46,386 nt of DNA from an uncultured Clostridia bacterium. GTDB taxonomy: Bacteria; Bacillota; Clostridia; Oscillospirales; Oscillospiraceae. How positions within the stretch are numbered: position 1 is the stretch's first letter; every line of letters begins with the position of its first letter. A model generated the notes under the pieces. That model was not told the DNA's origin. It saw only the letters and a list, made by a program, of their open reading frames with translations, and did not search any database. A program made the position numbers and the translations under genes. Below, in pieces: positions 16,593-26,841 of this stretch. The stretch covers positions 1 through 46,386 of the forward strand of contig CAMWTG010000001.1 of assembly GCA_947177115.1 (NCBI GenBank). The letters run 5' to 3'.

Positions 16593-17375
16593 TCACTCGG
16601 CGGTGATATACTTGTCCACGATCCTCTGGAAGGTGCCGTCCGCTTTCAGCTCAGCCATGGCGCTGTTCACGGCGTCCTTCAGGGTATCATTGCCCTTGGC
16701 GAAGCCAATGGCGTAGTCCTCCACGGCGAACTCGGTGTCCAGGATCTCCAGGCCGGGATTCTCGGCCACGAAAGCCTTGGCGGGTTCGTTGTCAATGACC
16801 ACGCAGTCCACCTGGCCGTTGACCAGGGCCATGACGGCCAGAGCGCCGGTATCAAAGGCAATGACGTGGTCCTCGCCGTAGCCGCCGTTCTCCGGGGTGT
16901 CGGAGCAGTAGATGTAGCCGGTAGTGGCCTTCTGGGTGCCGATCAGGGCGGCGCTGTCCAGATCATCAATGCTCTGGACGGCGGGGGAGTCCTTTTTAAC
17001 AATGATAACCTGGATGCCGGTGGCGTAGCTGTCGGAGAAGTCCATGACCTCCAGCCGGTCTTCGGTGACGGTGATGCCCGCCATGGCGATGTCGCTCTGG
17101 CCGGTCTGTACGGCGGTGAGGGCGGCGTCAAAGCCCATATCGTCTACCACCAGCTCCAGGCCCAGCTTCTTGGCGATGGCCTCGGCCACCTCCACATCAA
17201 TGCCCTCGAAGCCGCCGTCATCGGTCATCATCTCATAGGGCGGGAAGGCCGCGTTGGTGGACATGTGGAGCTTGCCGGCCTCTACGGTGTTCAGATCGCC
17301 GCCGGCCTTGCTGCCGCAGGCGGCCAGGCTCAGGACCATGGTCAGAGCCAGAACCAGTGATACAAACTTTTTCAT
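16593..17375 (-). CDS. Amino-acid ABC transporter substrate-binding lipoprotein
   Basis: Signal peptide with lipobox LSLAAC, a family 3 SBP-like body, SD AAAGGAG. Confidence 0.9.
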   Translation of the reverse strand: MKKFVSLVLALTMVLSLAACGSKAGGDLNTVEAGKLHMSTNAAFPPYEMMTDDGGFEGIDVEVAEAIAKKLGLELVVDDMGFDAALTAVQTGQSDIAMAGITVTEDRLEVMDFSDSYATGIQVIIVKKDSPAVQSIDDLDSAALIGTQKATTGYIYCSDTPENGGYGEDHVIAFDTGALAVMALVNGQVDCVVIDNEPAKAFVAENPGLEILDTEFAVEDYAIGFAKGNDTLKDAVNSAMAELKADGTFQRIVDKYITAE

Positions 17376-17657
17376 CTTGATTACTCCTTTTCTTCTATCA
17401 ATAACAATTCATCCGGTCTCTTTTCTTCGATCTTTGCGGGGTGATAGGGAGCATACTACGATTTCCGGGAATTGTCAATAGATTTTCGCCAAAAATGTAT
17501 AAATATCAAGACGAAAATGTAAAAATCCGCTGAATTGCCAAAACAGGAATAGAAATGCCGCTGTATTTTGCATGTTTTGACGGATGATTTTTTGCAAGCT
17601 TTTATGAATATACACAATGCTGCCGTGTTGTATATAGATATTTCCTGCCATATGCAG

Positions 17658-17702
17658 ATCCCCCCTGATGCAGTACTTTCATTTTCCTGCATCAGGGGGG
17701 AT
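17658..17702. terminator. 16-bp hairpin downstream of nifJ
   Basis: atcccccctgatgcag/ctgcatcaggggggat with a 13-nt loop. The T-rich tract is only on the plus side, so strand assignment is uncertain. Confidence 0.45.
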
Positions 17703-17753
17703 TTGTTTGTTATGCTATTTTACCGGAACGGCTCGTGATGCACGTATGAAAGA

Positions 17754-20700
17754 TCAGTCAGCCTTGTACAGGTCGATCAGCTTCATCAGGTGCGCATAAC
17801 GCTCCTTGGCGGCCTCTTCGTTCCGGGCGAACAGCACCTCGGCGCGCTCGGGGAACTCGCGGGTCAGCCGGGCATAGCGGGCCTCGTTGAGCAGGAACTC
17901 CTGGTAACCGCCGGCGGGAGCCTTGCTGTCCAGGGTGAAGGGGTTCTTGCCCTCAGCGGCCAGAGCGGGATTGAAGCGGAACAGGTTCCAGTAGCCGCAG
18001 TCAACGGCCTTCTTCATTTCCTTCTGGCAGTTCATCATGCCGCCCTTGATGGAGTGCATCTCGCAGGGAGCGTAGCCGATGATGAGGGACGGGCCATGAT
18101 AGGCCTCGGCCTCGGCAATGGCCTTGAGGGTCTGGGCGGTGTTGGCGCCCATAGCCACCTGGGCCACGTATACATAGCCGTACTGCATGGCGATCTCGCT
18201 GAGGCTCTTCTTCTTCATCTCCTTACCGGCGGCGGCGAACTGAGCCACCTGGCCAATGTTGGAGGCCTTGGAGGCCTGACCGCCGGTGTTGGAGTACACC
18301 TCGGTGTCGAAGACGAACACGTTGACATCCTCGCCGGAGGCCAGGATGTGGTCCAGTCCGCCGTAGCCGATATCGTAGGCCCAGCCATCGCCGCCGAAGA
18401 TCCACACGGACTTCTTGTTCAGGTATTCCTTCTTGTCCAGGATGGACTTGGCCAGCTTGCAGGCGTCGCAGTCGCAGTACTTCTCGCCCTTGGCCTTCAG
18501 CTCCTTCACATGGGCCAGCATGGCATCGCGCTTGTCGCCGAAGACTTCCGCACCCTTGGGGCTGGAGATGAACGCCTCGTTCTCGTCCAGCGTCATCAGG
18601 CTCTCCTCCAGCAGGGCGATATACTCCTTGGCGGCGGCCTGGTTGGCCTCGCCGTCCTCCATGGTATCCAGCCACTTCTGAGCGGCTTCCTTCAGAGGCG
18701 CATAGGCCCACTCAATGGCAATGAGCTGCTTGGTCTCCTCAGCCAGAGCGTTGCGGATGGCCTTCTGGCCGATGTACATGCCCAGGCCGTGCTCGGCGTT
18801 GTCCTCGAACAGGGAGTTGCACCATGCGGGGCCCTTGCCCTCGGCGTTGGTGCAGTAGGGGGAGGTAGCGGCCGGTCCGCCCCAGATGGAGGAGCAGCCG
18901 GTGGCGTTGGAGATATACATCCGGTCGCCGAAGAGCTGGGTGACGAGACGGGCATAGCTGGTCTCGGCGCAGCCAGCGCAGGAGCCGGAGAACTCCAGGT
19001 AGGGCTGCTTGAACTGGCTGCCCTTGACGGTGTTGTCCTGCATGTCGGCCTTGGGAGCGGTCTTCACCAGGTAATCCCAGACCTTGGCCTGCTCGGCCTG
19101 GCTCTCCTGGGGCACCATCTTGATGGCGCGCTTCTCGGGATCCTTAGCCCCGGCAAGGCAGGCCTCGACGCAGACGCCGCAGCCCATGCAGTCCAGGGGG
19201 CTCACGCCGATGGCGTAGGTGTAAACGCCCTTGCCCTTACCGGCCTTGATGGCGGCAGTCTTGAGGCCCTCGGGGGCGTTCTTGACCTCGTCCTCGGTGA
19301 GGGCGAAGGTACGGATGGTGGCGTGGGGGCAGACATAGGCGCAGGTGTTGCACTGGATGCACTTGTCGGGATCCCACACGGGGACGCTGACGGCAACGCC
19401 GCGCTTTTCATAGGCGGCGGCGCCCAGCTCGAACTGGCCGTCCACATGGGGCATGAACACGGAAACAGGCAGGCTGTCGCCGTCCATCTTGCCCACGGGG
19501 TTGAGGATGTCCTTGACCATGGTGACCAGCTCGCCCTTGCCCTCCAGGTTGTGCTCGACCTTCTCATCGGCGGCGTTGGCCCACTCGGCGGGGATGTCGA
19601 TCTTGGTGAAGGCGGTAGCACCCTTGTCGATGGCATTGTGGTTCTTCTCCACCACGTCCATGCCCTTCTTGGAGTAGGACTTGGTGGCGGCGTCCTTCAT
19701 GTACTGGATGGCTTCCGCCTCGGGCAGGACCTTGGCCAGAGCGAAGAACGCGGACTGGAGGATGGTGTTGGTGCGCTTGCCCATGCCCACCTCAGCGGCC
19801 AGGTCGATGGCGTTGATGGTGTAGACATTGATGTTGTTCTGGGCGATGTAGCGCTTGGCAACAGCGGGCAGGTGCTTATCCAGCTCCTCAAAGCTCCACT
19901 GGCAGTTGATGAGGAAGGTGCCGCCGGGCTTGACATCGCGGACCATGGGGAAGCCCTTGACAATGTAAGCGGGTACATGGCAGGCCACGAAGTCGGCCTT
20001 GTTGATGTAGTAGGGGGACTTGATGGGCTTGTCGCCGAAGCGCAGGTGGCTGATGGTCACGCCGCCGGTCTTCTTGGAGTCGTACTGGAAGTACGCCTGA
20101 ATGTACTTGTCGGTGTGGTCGCCGATGATCTTGATGGAGTTCTTGTTGGCGCCCACGGTGCCATCGCCGCCCAGACCCCAGAACTTGCACTCGATGGTGC
20201 CTTCCGCAGCGGTGTTGGGAGCGGGCTCCTCGGGCAGGGACAGATTGGTAACATCGTCCACGATGCCGATGGTGAACTGACGGCGGGGCTCAGCGGCGTT
20301 CAGCTCCTTGTAGACAGCGAACACGCTGGCGGGAGGCGTATCCTTGGAGCCCAGGCCGTAACGGCCGCCGATGACCTTCACATCGTTCTTGCCGGCGTTG
20401 GCCAGAGCGGAAACCACATCCAGATACAGGGGCTCGCCCAGAGCGCCGGGTTCCTTGGTGCGGTCCAGGACGGCAATCTTCTTGGCGGTGGCGGGAATGG
20501 CCTCGATGAGCTTGTCGGCGGCGAAGGGGCGGTACAGGCGGACCTTCACCAGACCCACCTTCTCGCCGTGGGCGTTCATGTAGTCGATGACTTCCTCGGC
20601 CACATCGCAGATGGAACCCATGGCGATGATGACGCGGTCGGCATCGGGAGCGCCGTAGTAGTTGAACAGCTTGTAATCGGTGCCCAGCTTCTCATTGATC

Positions 20701-21446
20701 TTGCCCATGTACTTCTCGACCACTGCGGGCAGCTCATCGTAGTACTTGTTGCAGGCCTCACGGTGCTGGAAGAAGATGTCGCCGTTCTCGTGGGAGCCGC
20801 GGGTGGCGGGATGCTCGGGATTGAGGGCGTGCTTGCGGAAGGCCTCGACAGCCTCCATGTCGCACATGTCCTTCAGATCCTCGTAATCCCACACGGCCAC
20901 CTTCTGGATCTCGTGGGAGGTGCGGAAACCATCGAAGAAGTTGATGAAGGGCACCTTGCCGGAGATAGCGGCCAGATGGGCCACGGGGGACAGGTCCATG
21001 ACCTCCTGCACGTTGCCCTCGGCCAGCATGGCGAAGCCGGTCTGGCGGCAGGCCATGACGTCGGAGTGATCGCCGAAGATGTTCAGGGCGTGGGTGGACA
21101 CGGTACGGGCGGAGACGTGGAATACGGTGGGCAGCTGCTCGGCTGCGATCTTGTACATATTGGGGATCATCAGCAGCAGGCCCTGAGAGGCGGTGTAGGT
21201 GCTGGTGAGGGCGCCCGCGCCCAGGGAGCCGTGGACGGCGCCGGCGGCGCCGGCCTCGGACTGCATCTCGACCACCTTGACCTGGGTGCCGAAGATGTTC
21301 TTCAGGCCGTTGGCGGACCACTGGTCAACCAGGTCGGCCATGGGGCTGGACGGGGTGATCGGGTAGATCGCCGCAACCTCGGAAAACGCATAGGAGACAT
21401 GCGCCGCCGCGTTGTTGCCGTCCATGGACTTGAACTTTCTAGCCAT
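17754..21446 (-). CDS. nifJ: Pyruvate:ferredoxin (flavodoxin) oxidoreductase
   Basis: MARKFKSMDGNNAAAHVSYAF N-terminus, two 4Fe-4S motifs (CIQCNTCAYVCP, CMGCGVCVEAC), and a TPP region GGDGWAYDIG. The ATG at 21446 has SD AGGAGGAG. The 105-codon upstream extension in the track is rejected. Confidence 0.95.
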   Translation of the reverse strand: MARKFKSMDGNNAAAHVSYAFSEVAAIYPITPSSPMADLVDQWSANGLKNIFGTQVKVVEMQSEAGAAGAVHGSLGAGALTSTYTASQGLLLMIPNMYKIAAEQLPTVFHVSARTVSTHALNIFGDHSDVMACRQTGFAMLAEGNVQEVMDLSPVAHLAAISGKVPFINFFDGFRTSHEIQKVAVWDYEDLKDMCDMEAVEAFRKHALNPEHPATRGSHENGDIFFQHREACNKYYDELPAVVEKYMGKINEKLGTDYKLFNYYGAPDADRVIIAMGSICDVAEEVIDYMNAHGEKVGLVKVRLYRPFAADKLIEAIPATAKKIAVLDRTKEPGALGEPLYLDVVSALANAGKNDVKVIGGRYGLGSKDTPPASVFAVYKELNAAEPRRQFTIGIVDDVTNLSLPEEPAPNTAAEGTIECKFWGLGGDGTVGANKNSIKIIGDHTDKYIQAYFQYDSKKTGGVTISHLRFGDKPIKSPYYINKADFVACHVPAYIVKGFPMVRDVKPGGTFLINCQWSFEELDKHLPAVAKRYIAQNNINVYTINAIDLAAEVGMGKRTNTILQSAFFALAKVLPEAEAIQYMKDAATKSYSKKGMDVVEKNHNAIDKGATAFTKIDIPAEWANAADEKVEHNLEGKGELVTMVKDILNPVGKMDGDSLPVSVFMPHVDGQFELGAAAYEKRGVAVSVPVWDPDKCIQCNTCAYVCPHATIRTFALTEDEVKNAPEGLKTAAIKAGKGKGVYTYAIGVSPLDCMGCGVCVEACLAGAKDPEKRAIKMVPQESQAEQAKVWDYLVKTAPKADMQDNTVKGSQFKQPYLEFSGSCAGCAETSYARLVTQLFGDRMYISNATGCSSIWGGPAATSPYCTNAEGKGPAWCNSLFEDNAEHGLGMYIGQKAIRNALAEETKQLIAIEWAYAPLKEAAQKWLDTMEDGEANQAAAKEYIALLEESLMTLDENEAFISSPKGAEVFGDKRDAMLAHVKELKAKGEKYCDCDACKLAKSILDKKEYLNKKSVWIFGGDGWAYDIGYGGLDHILASGEDVNVFVFDTEVYSNTGGQASKASNIGQVAQFAAAGKEMKKKSLSEIAMQYGYVYVAQVAMGANTAQTLKAIAEAEAYHGPSLIIGYAPCEMHSIKGGMMNCQKEMKKAVDCGYWNLFRFNPALAAEGKNPFTLDSKAPAGGYQEFLLNEARYARLTREFPERAEVLFARNEEAAKERYAHLMKLIDLYKAD

Positions 21447-21709
21447 AGTTTTTTGCTCCTCCTGAATATTTGATACTGCTATGGTGTGAATACACAGCAA
21501 GGTACTCATACAGCATTTACTATACCACTTTTTCTTCTCTGTGTAAATGTTATGTTCGCTCCATTTCCGGAAATTTTTCTTTTTCTCCGGAATGGTAAAA
21601 TTTCTTTCTTCTTTTTTGGCAATTTTTGCAAATTGGTGGAGGGGGATTCCTATGGTATAATTTAGAAAAATGTTCGTTTGCCGCCCCTGCGGGGCGGCGC
21701 CTGCTGCTG

Positions 21710-22427
21710 ATCTTATCTTAGATTCGCGTCTCGTTGGCGCGGGGGCCTTCTTTTCGCGCACGCGAAAAGAAGCAAAAGCGTGCTCAAGGGGCCCTAGCCC
21801 CTTGAGAATCCCTAAATGTGTCGTTGTGTTTTTGCGCGGATCCTGGAGTCTGTCCGGTCTGAACCGGGCTGCGGGTGTAATTTCGGCTGTGCTGCGTCTA
21901 TTTTAGAATATTGCCGGGAGTCCCTACCATATCACGCGAGAGGAGCTCCCGGGGTGCTGAAATGAAGAATATTCCCGTAGGGGCCGATGTCCCCATCGGC
22001 CCGCCGTCAATTGGCAGGGTATCGTCAAAACGGGCCGATGAGGACATCGGCCCCTACGGGGGTGAGTAGCAGAAGTGCCTGCGAGAGGCGCACCGGGGTC
22101 GTTGCGCCCTACGGGATGCAGGTTTCCGATTGTGGATAGACAGGGAAATCATCGATCGTCCACCCCGGGAGATCCAGCGTGTATAACGGTAGGGTCTGCC
22201 GTTTACATCCTCAAACAGACGCAAAGCAGCAGAAATTACACCAAAAGTCCGGTTTAGACCAGACAGACCACAGGATCAGCGTAAAAAACAAATTCCTCCG
22301 TAATAAGGTGTCACGCTCCGCGTGACGCCCCGAGGGATTCTTAAACCGTAGGTTTAAGCCCGCTTTTGCCTACTTTTCGCGGGCGCGAAAAGTAGGCGCG
22401 GAGTCCGGGGCCGCGCAGGTCCCGGGC
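21710..22427. repeat. Structured inverted-repeat element, locus 1 (~700-bp imperfect palindrome)
   Basis: The left arm (about 21716-21900) is the reverse complement of the right arm (about 22215-22427) by manual alignment. Each arm carries two small perfect hairpins. The same arm family recurs at 35276-35806. Confidence 0.8.
21974..22060. repeat. Inverted pair of REP-like GC-rich hairpins
   Basis: cccgtaggggccgatgtccccatcggcccg (21974-22003) and cgggccgatgaggacatcggcccctacggg (22031-22060). Further copies lie at 33395-33421 and, degenerate, at 33337-33363. Confidence 0.85.
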
Positions 22428-22484
22428 TATCGAATAGAAATCATTTGGAGCGGCCCGCAGGGCCGCAGAAGAAAGGAACGATTA

Positions 22485-24002
22485 ATGGTTGTAACGATCC
22501 GATCCCTTGGCCTCCAAGGGATCAAAGGCTATGAAGTATCCGTGGAGTGCGCCCTCTCGGGGGGCCTCCCCGCCTTCGATGTGGTGGGCCTCCCCGATGC
22601 CGCCGTCAAGGAATCAAGAGAAAGAGTCCGTGCCGCGATAAAAGGCTGCGGGGCCAAATTCCCCGTCTCCCGCATCACCATCAACCTGGCCCCTGCCGCC
22701 CTGCGGAAGGAGGGCACCGTCTACGACCTGCCAATCCTTTTGGGCATCCTGGCCGCTCAGGGCGATATCGACCCGCCGCCGGAGCAAACCGCCTTTCTGG
22801 GAGAATTATCCCTGACGGGAGCTCTCCGCCCCATCACCGGCATCCTCCCCATGGCCATGGCCGCCGCCCGGACGGGCGTAGAGGAACTCTACGTCCCGGC
22901 GGAGAACGCCGCCGAAGCCACCCTGGCCGAGGGCCTTGCCGTCTACCCGGTGGAAAATGTGGAAGAACTCCTGTCCCATCTTCGGGGCCGGAAGAAAATC
23001 CCCCCTGCCGCTCCCTGGACGCCGGAGGCGGGGAGTGAGAAAGGCCCCGACTTCTCCGAAGTTATGGGCCAGGAAAACGTAAAACGCGCTCTGGAGATCG
23101 CCGCCGCCGGAGGCCACAACATTTTGCTGATTGGTTCGCCCGGCGCGGGCAAATCCATGCTGGCCCGCCGCCTGCCCTCCATCCTGCCGGACATGACCCG
23201 GCGGGAGGCCCTGGAGGCTACGGAAATCTGGTCCGTGGCGGGTATGATGGACCGGAAACATCCCCTTCTGCTGCGCCGCCCCTTCCGCAGCCCCCACCAT
23301 ACCGTCTCCGCCGTGGCCCTGGCGGGGGGCGGGGCTTTTCCCAGGCCGGGGGAGATTTCCCTGGCCCACAACGGGGTGCTGTTCCTGGATGAGCTGCCGG
23401 AGTTCAGCAAGGACGCCATGGAAGTCCTCCGCCAGCCTATCGAGGACGGCGAGGTTACCATCACCCGCACCGCAGGCAGTATCTGCCTGCCCAGCCGGTT
23501 CATGCTGGTATGCGCCATGAACCCCTGCCGCTGCGGCTGGCGGGGGCATCCATCGGGGCGGTGTACCTGCACTGATGCTATGGTGGAGAAATATGTAGCG
23601 AAAATCTCCGGTCCTATGCTGGACCGGATGGATCTGCATGTAGAGGTCCCATCAGTGGAGTTTGAGGCCATGCGCCGCCGGGAGGCTCCGGAGAGCTCCG
23701 CCGTGGTCAAGTCCCGGGTCAACGCCGCCCGCTCCCGGCAGGCGGAACGCTTTGCCGGAACAGGCGTCAGCTGCAACGCCCACATGGTCCCTGCCATGGT
23801 GGGAGAATACTGCAAACTGGACGGCGCCGGGGAGCGCATCCTGAAAGCCGCCTTCGACCGCATGGGCTTGACGGCCAGGAGCCACGACAGGATCTTGCGG
23901 GTAGCCCGGACCATCGCCGACCTGGACGGAGAGGCCAGCATCTCCGCCGCCCACCTGGCGGAGGCCATTCAATATCGGAATACGGAGATCTTGCGAAAAT
24001 AG
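22485..24002 (+). CDS. comM: YifB/ComM-family Mg-chelatase-like AAA+ ATPase
   Basis: Family-typical N-terminus (LGLQGIKGYEVSVECALSGGLPAFDVVGLPDAAVKESRERV), Walker A GSPGAGKSM, and VLFLDELPEF. Confidence 0.93.
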   Translation: MVVTIRSLGLQGIKGYEVSVECALSGGLPAFDVVGLPDAAVKESRERVRAAIKGCGAKFPVSRITINLAPAALRKEGTVYDLPILLGILAAQGDIDPPPEQTAFLGELSLTGALRPITGILPMAMAAARTGVEELYVPAENAAEATLAEGLAVYPVENVEELLSHLRGRKKIPPAAPWTPEAGSEKGPDFSEVMGQENVKRALEIAAAGGHNILLIGSPGAGKSMLARRLPSILPDMTRREALEATEIWSVAGMMDRKHPLLLRRPFRSPHHTVSAVALAGGGAFPRPGEISLAHNGVLFLDELPEFSKDAMEVLRQPIEDGEVTITRTAGSICLPSRFMLVCAMNPCRCGWRGHPSGRCTCTDAMVEKYVAKISGPMLDRMDLHVEVPSVEFEAMRRREAPESSAVVKSRVNAARSRQAERFAGTGVSCNAHMVPAMVGEYCKLDGAGERILKAAFDRMGLTARSHDRILRVARTIADLDGEASISAAHLAEAIQYRNTEILRK

Positions 24003-24039
24003 CCCGGCAGCTTCCAGTTTACCGGCTCTCTGCTCATAA

Positions 24040-24077
24040 CAGAAAAACGGCCCTCCGGTGTTAGCCGGAGGGCCGTT
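24040..24077 (-). terminator. pheT terminator
   Basis: 13-bp stem aacggccctccgg/ccggagggccgtt (24046-24058/24065-24077), followed on the minus strand by TTTTTCTGTT. Confidence 0.75.
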
Positions 24078-24111
24078 CATTATGCCGCAGATGCAGGGGA
24101 CCGTAAAAAAC

Positions 24112-26808
24112 TTACCGCAGCGTTGCGCCCAGCTCCTTCTCCAGGGCGGTGAGAACATCCTGGATCTCCTCATCGGCCTCGGCGGCGGTGATGCTGCGCT
24201 CATCGGAGCGGAGGGTCAGACTGAAGGCCACGCTCTTGCTCCCCTCGGCCACGCCCTGGCCTTTATAGATGTCGAAGAGCGCGATGTCCCGCAGCAGCTT
24301 GCCGCCCGCCTTGCGGATGCAGGCCTCCAGTGCGCCCACGGTGACCTCATCCCTGCACACCACCGCGATGTCCCGGCTGACCGCCGGGAACCGGGGCAGG
24401 GGGCTGTATTCTACGCCGGGGCCCTGGGCCTCCAGCAGCGCCTCGAAGCTCAGCTCCGCGCAGTACAGCTCGCAGTCTACATCGTAGTTGGCCGCTACGG
24501 CGGGATGGATCTGTCCCATGACGCCCAGCAGCTTCCCGCCCGCATACACACCGGCGCAGCGGCCGGGATGGTAGGAGGGATCGTCCTGGCAGGCGGCAAA
24601 GGTCACGTCCTCCATCCGCAGATCCCGCAGCAGGGCCTCCACAGCGCCCTTCATGGTAAAGAAGGTATAGCCCTCGCCGTAAGCGCCCAGGGTCAGCATC
24701 TTCGGCTCATCGGCCAGTCCATCCGGCCCGCCGGGGAGATAGATGCGTCCGATCTCATACAGCCGCGCGCTCTTGTTGCGGTAGCTGTAGTTCCGGGCGA
24801 GGATGTCCAGCATGGAGGGCAGTGTGGTGGTGCGCATAATGGAGGTGTCCTCTCCAAGCGGGTTCAGGATCTTGAAGGAATTGCGCAGGGGTTCGTCAGG
24901 AGCCCAGCCAATCTTGTCATAGCAGGAAGGGGAAATGAAGGAGTAGGTGATGATCTCGTTGTACCCGCAGGCGCGGCAGAGGCTGCCGATGCGCCGCTCC
25001 GCCTGCTGGACGGGGCTGTAGCCGCCCTGGGTAGTCTCGCCCCGCTGGAGGGTGACGGGAATGTTGTTGTAGCCGTAGAACCGGGCCACCTCCTCCGCCA
25101 GGTCCGCCATGCGCTGCACATCGCCCCGCCAGGAGGGGACCTTGATCATGCCCCGCTCCATGGTGGTCTCAAAGCCCAGCTTCTGGAGGATGGTATACAT
25201 CACATTCTCCGCCACGCCGGTGCCCAGCAGAGCGTTGATCTTCTCCGGCTCCAGCTTCAGAATTGTGGGCTGAGGCACATGGTTGAGCACGTCAATAACG
25301 CCGTCCAGCACCTCGCCGGCTCCCAGCATTTCCACCAGCTCGCAGGCCCGGTTGACGGCGGGCAGGGTATTCAGCGGGTCGAGGCCCTTCTCGAACTTGG
25401 CGGACGCCTCGGTCCGCATGCCCAGAGCCAGGGCGGTCTTGCGGATGCAGGTGCCATCAAAGTTGGCGGACTCAAAGACCACGTCCACGGTGTCATCCAC
25501 GATCTCGCTGTTTTCGCCGCCCATGATGCCCGCCAGACCTACGGCGCGGGTGTCGTCCGCGATGACCAGCATGTTCTCCGTCAGCTTGCGGATATTGCCA
25601 TCCAGGGTGGTCAGCTCCTCGCCTTCCTGGGCCCGGCGGACGATGATCTTGCCGCCCTTCACGTAGCGGTAGTCGAAAGCGTGCATGGGCTGGCCGTACT
25701 CCAGCATGACGTAGTTGGTGATGTCCACGATGTTATTGATGGGCCGCACGCCCATGGACCGCAGGCGCTCCCGCATCCATTTGGGGGAGGGGGCGATCTT
25801 TACATTACGCACCATGCGGGCGGTGTACCGGGGGCACAGCTCGGGGTCCGGGGTCTCCACGTCCAGCAGCTCCGCCAGATCGCCGTCCCCGCCGCCCTTG
25901 ACCTCCGGCTGATGGAAGTAGCAGGGCTTGTCGAAAGTGGCGGAGACCTCCCGGGCCAGACCGATGATGGACAGGCAGTCGGGACGGTTGGGGGTGATCT
26001 CGAACTCCACTACGTGGTCATCGGCATTGATGACGGGCTTAATATCATCGCCGGGTTTGCAGTCCTCGTGAAGGACGAAGATGCCGTCAGGGATGCAGTG
26101 GGGGAACTCCCGCTGCTCCGCGTGGAGGTCCGCCAGGGTGCAGATGGTGTCAGTCTTGGTGTTATAGGCTACCATATCGCCCACATGGACGTTGTTACAG
26201 CGGATGTCGGGGCATACCGTGGCATCTTTTATATTCATGCAGGTGTGGTAGCTGCCATCGCCCAGGGGCATGCACTCCAGCACCTGAGCGGCTACCACCG
26301 GGCCAAAAATCTTGTGTCCAGGCTGGATGTCCGCCGGGATGGAGGGTTTTTCCGGGTCGATGGGTTTGTAGTCGTTTAACAGTGCGGCGGCGGTAATCAC
26401 GGCGTAGGGGAAGTCCCGCTCGTCCAGGCCCAGCTCGCTGAGAGAGCAGAGCATACCGTTGGACAGGATGCCCCGCAGCTTGCCTTTCTCGATCTTCTTC
26501 CCGCCGGGGAGGGTGGACTTGTGGAGCGCCACGGGGACCAGATCGCCCTCGTGGATGTTCCACGCGCCGGTAACGATCTGGACGGGCTCCTCTTTGCCCA
26601 CGTCCAGCTGGCAGACCCACATGTGGTCGCTGTCAGGATGGCGCTCCATCTTCTCAATGCGGCCCACCACTACGTTTTTGATCTCTGCGCCCAGGTCCTC
26701 GGTGGTCTCCACCTTGGAGCCGGAGAGGGTCATGGCCTCGGCAAAGTCCCGGTCGCTGACCGCGGCGATATCTACAAATTCCTGTAACCATTTACGGGAT
26801 AGTTTCAT
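24112..26808 (-). CDS. pheT: Phenylalanine--tRNA ligase beta subunit
   Basis: MKLSRKWLQEFVDI N-terminus, OB/tRNA-binding domain, TPNRPDCLS, B3/4 and B5 regions. At 898 aa it is about 100 aa longer than usual. SD AGAGGTG. Confidence 0.95.
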   Translation of the reverse strand: MKLSRKWLQEFVDIAAVSDRDFAEAMTLSGSKVETTEDLGAEIKNVVVGRIEKMERHPDSDHMWVCQLDVGKEEPVQIVTGAWNIHEGDLVPVALHKSTLPGGKKIEKGKLRGILSNGMLCSLSELGLDERDFPYAVITAAALLNDYKPIDPEKPSIPADIQPGHKIFGPVVAAQVLECMPLGDGSYHTCMNIKDATVCPDIRCNNVHVGDMVAYNTKTDTICTLADLHAEQREFPHCIPDGIFVLHEDCKPGDDIKPVINADDHVVEFEITPNRPDCLSIIGLAREVSATFDKPCYFHQPEVKGGGDGDLAELLDVETPDPELCPRYTARMVRNVKIAPSPKWMRERLRSMGVRPINNIVDITNYVMLEYGQPMHAFDYRYVKGGKIIVRRAQEGEELTTLDGNIRKLTENMLVIADDTRAVGLAGIMGGENSEIVDDTVDVVFESANFDGTCIRKTALALGMRTEASAKFEKGLDPLNTLPAVNRACELVEMLGAGEVLDGVIDVLNHVPQPTILKLEPEKINALLGTGVAENVMYTILQKLGFETTMERGMIKVPSWRGDVQRMADLAEEVARFYGYNNIPVTLQRGETTQGGYSPVQQAERRIGSLCRACGYNEIITYSFISPSCYDKIGWAPDEPLRNSFKILNPLGEDTSIMRTTTLPSMLDILARNYSYRNKSARLYEIGRIYLPGGPDGLADEPKMLTLGAYGEGYTFFTMKGAVEALLRDLRMEDVTFAACQDDPSYHPGRCAGVYAGGKLLGVMGQIHPAVAANYDVDCELYCAELSFEALLEAQGPGVEYSPLPRFPAVSRDIAVVCRDEVTVGALEACIRKAGGKLLRDIALFDIYKGQGVAEGSKSVAFSLTLRSDERSITAAEADEEIQDVLTALEKELGATLR

Positions 26809-26841
26809 AATATAACACCTCTTTCAAATGGAAGTAAGTGG

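Noticed and set aside
17790-21473. 1227-aa plus-strand ORF antisense to nifJ. Similar long antisense ORFs occur at 24058-26379, 13825-14967, 36295-38220, 44976-46313, 27200-28315, 33784-35055, 32061-33236 and 38681-39601.
   Set aside because: They are Gly/Ala/Leu/Val/His-rich low-complexity translations opposite clearly recognisable conserved genes. These are typical shadow ORFs of high-GC DNA with no SD or motif support.
21447-21761. N-terminal extensions of track ORFs: nifJ; also mnmA 12735-12965, pheS 28328-28408, GNAT 28821-28991, ychF 39608-39670, LeuA-like 33700-33834, 29327-29407, mglC 43409-43429 and mglB 46197-46211.
   Set aside because: In each case an internal ATG with a strong SD matches the conserved family N-terminus. 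The extensions overlap upstream genes or leaders, or start at TTG inside the SD.
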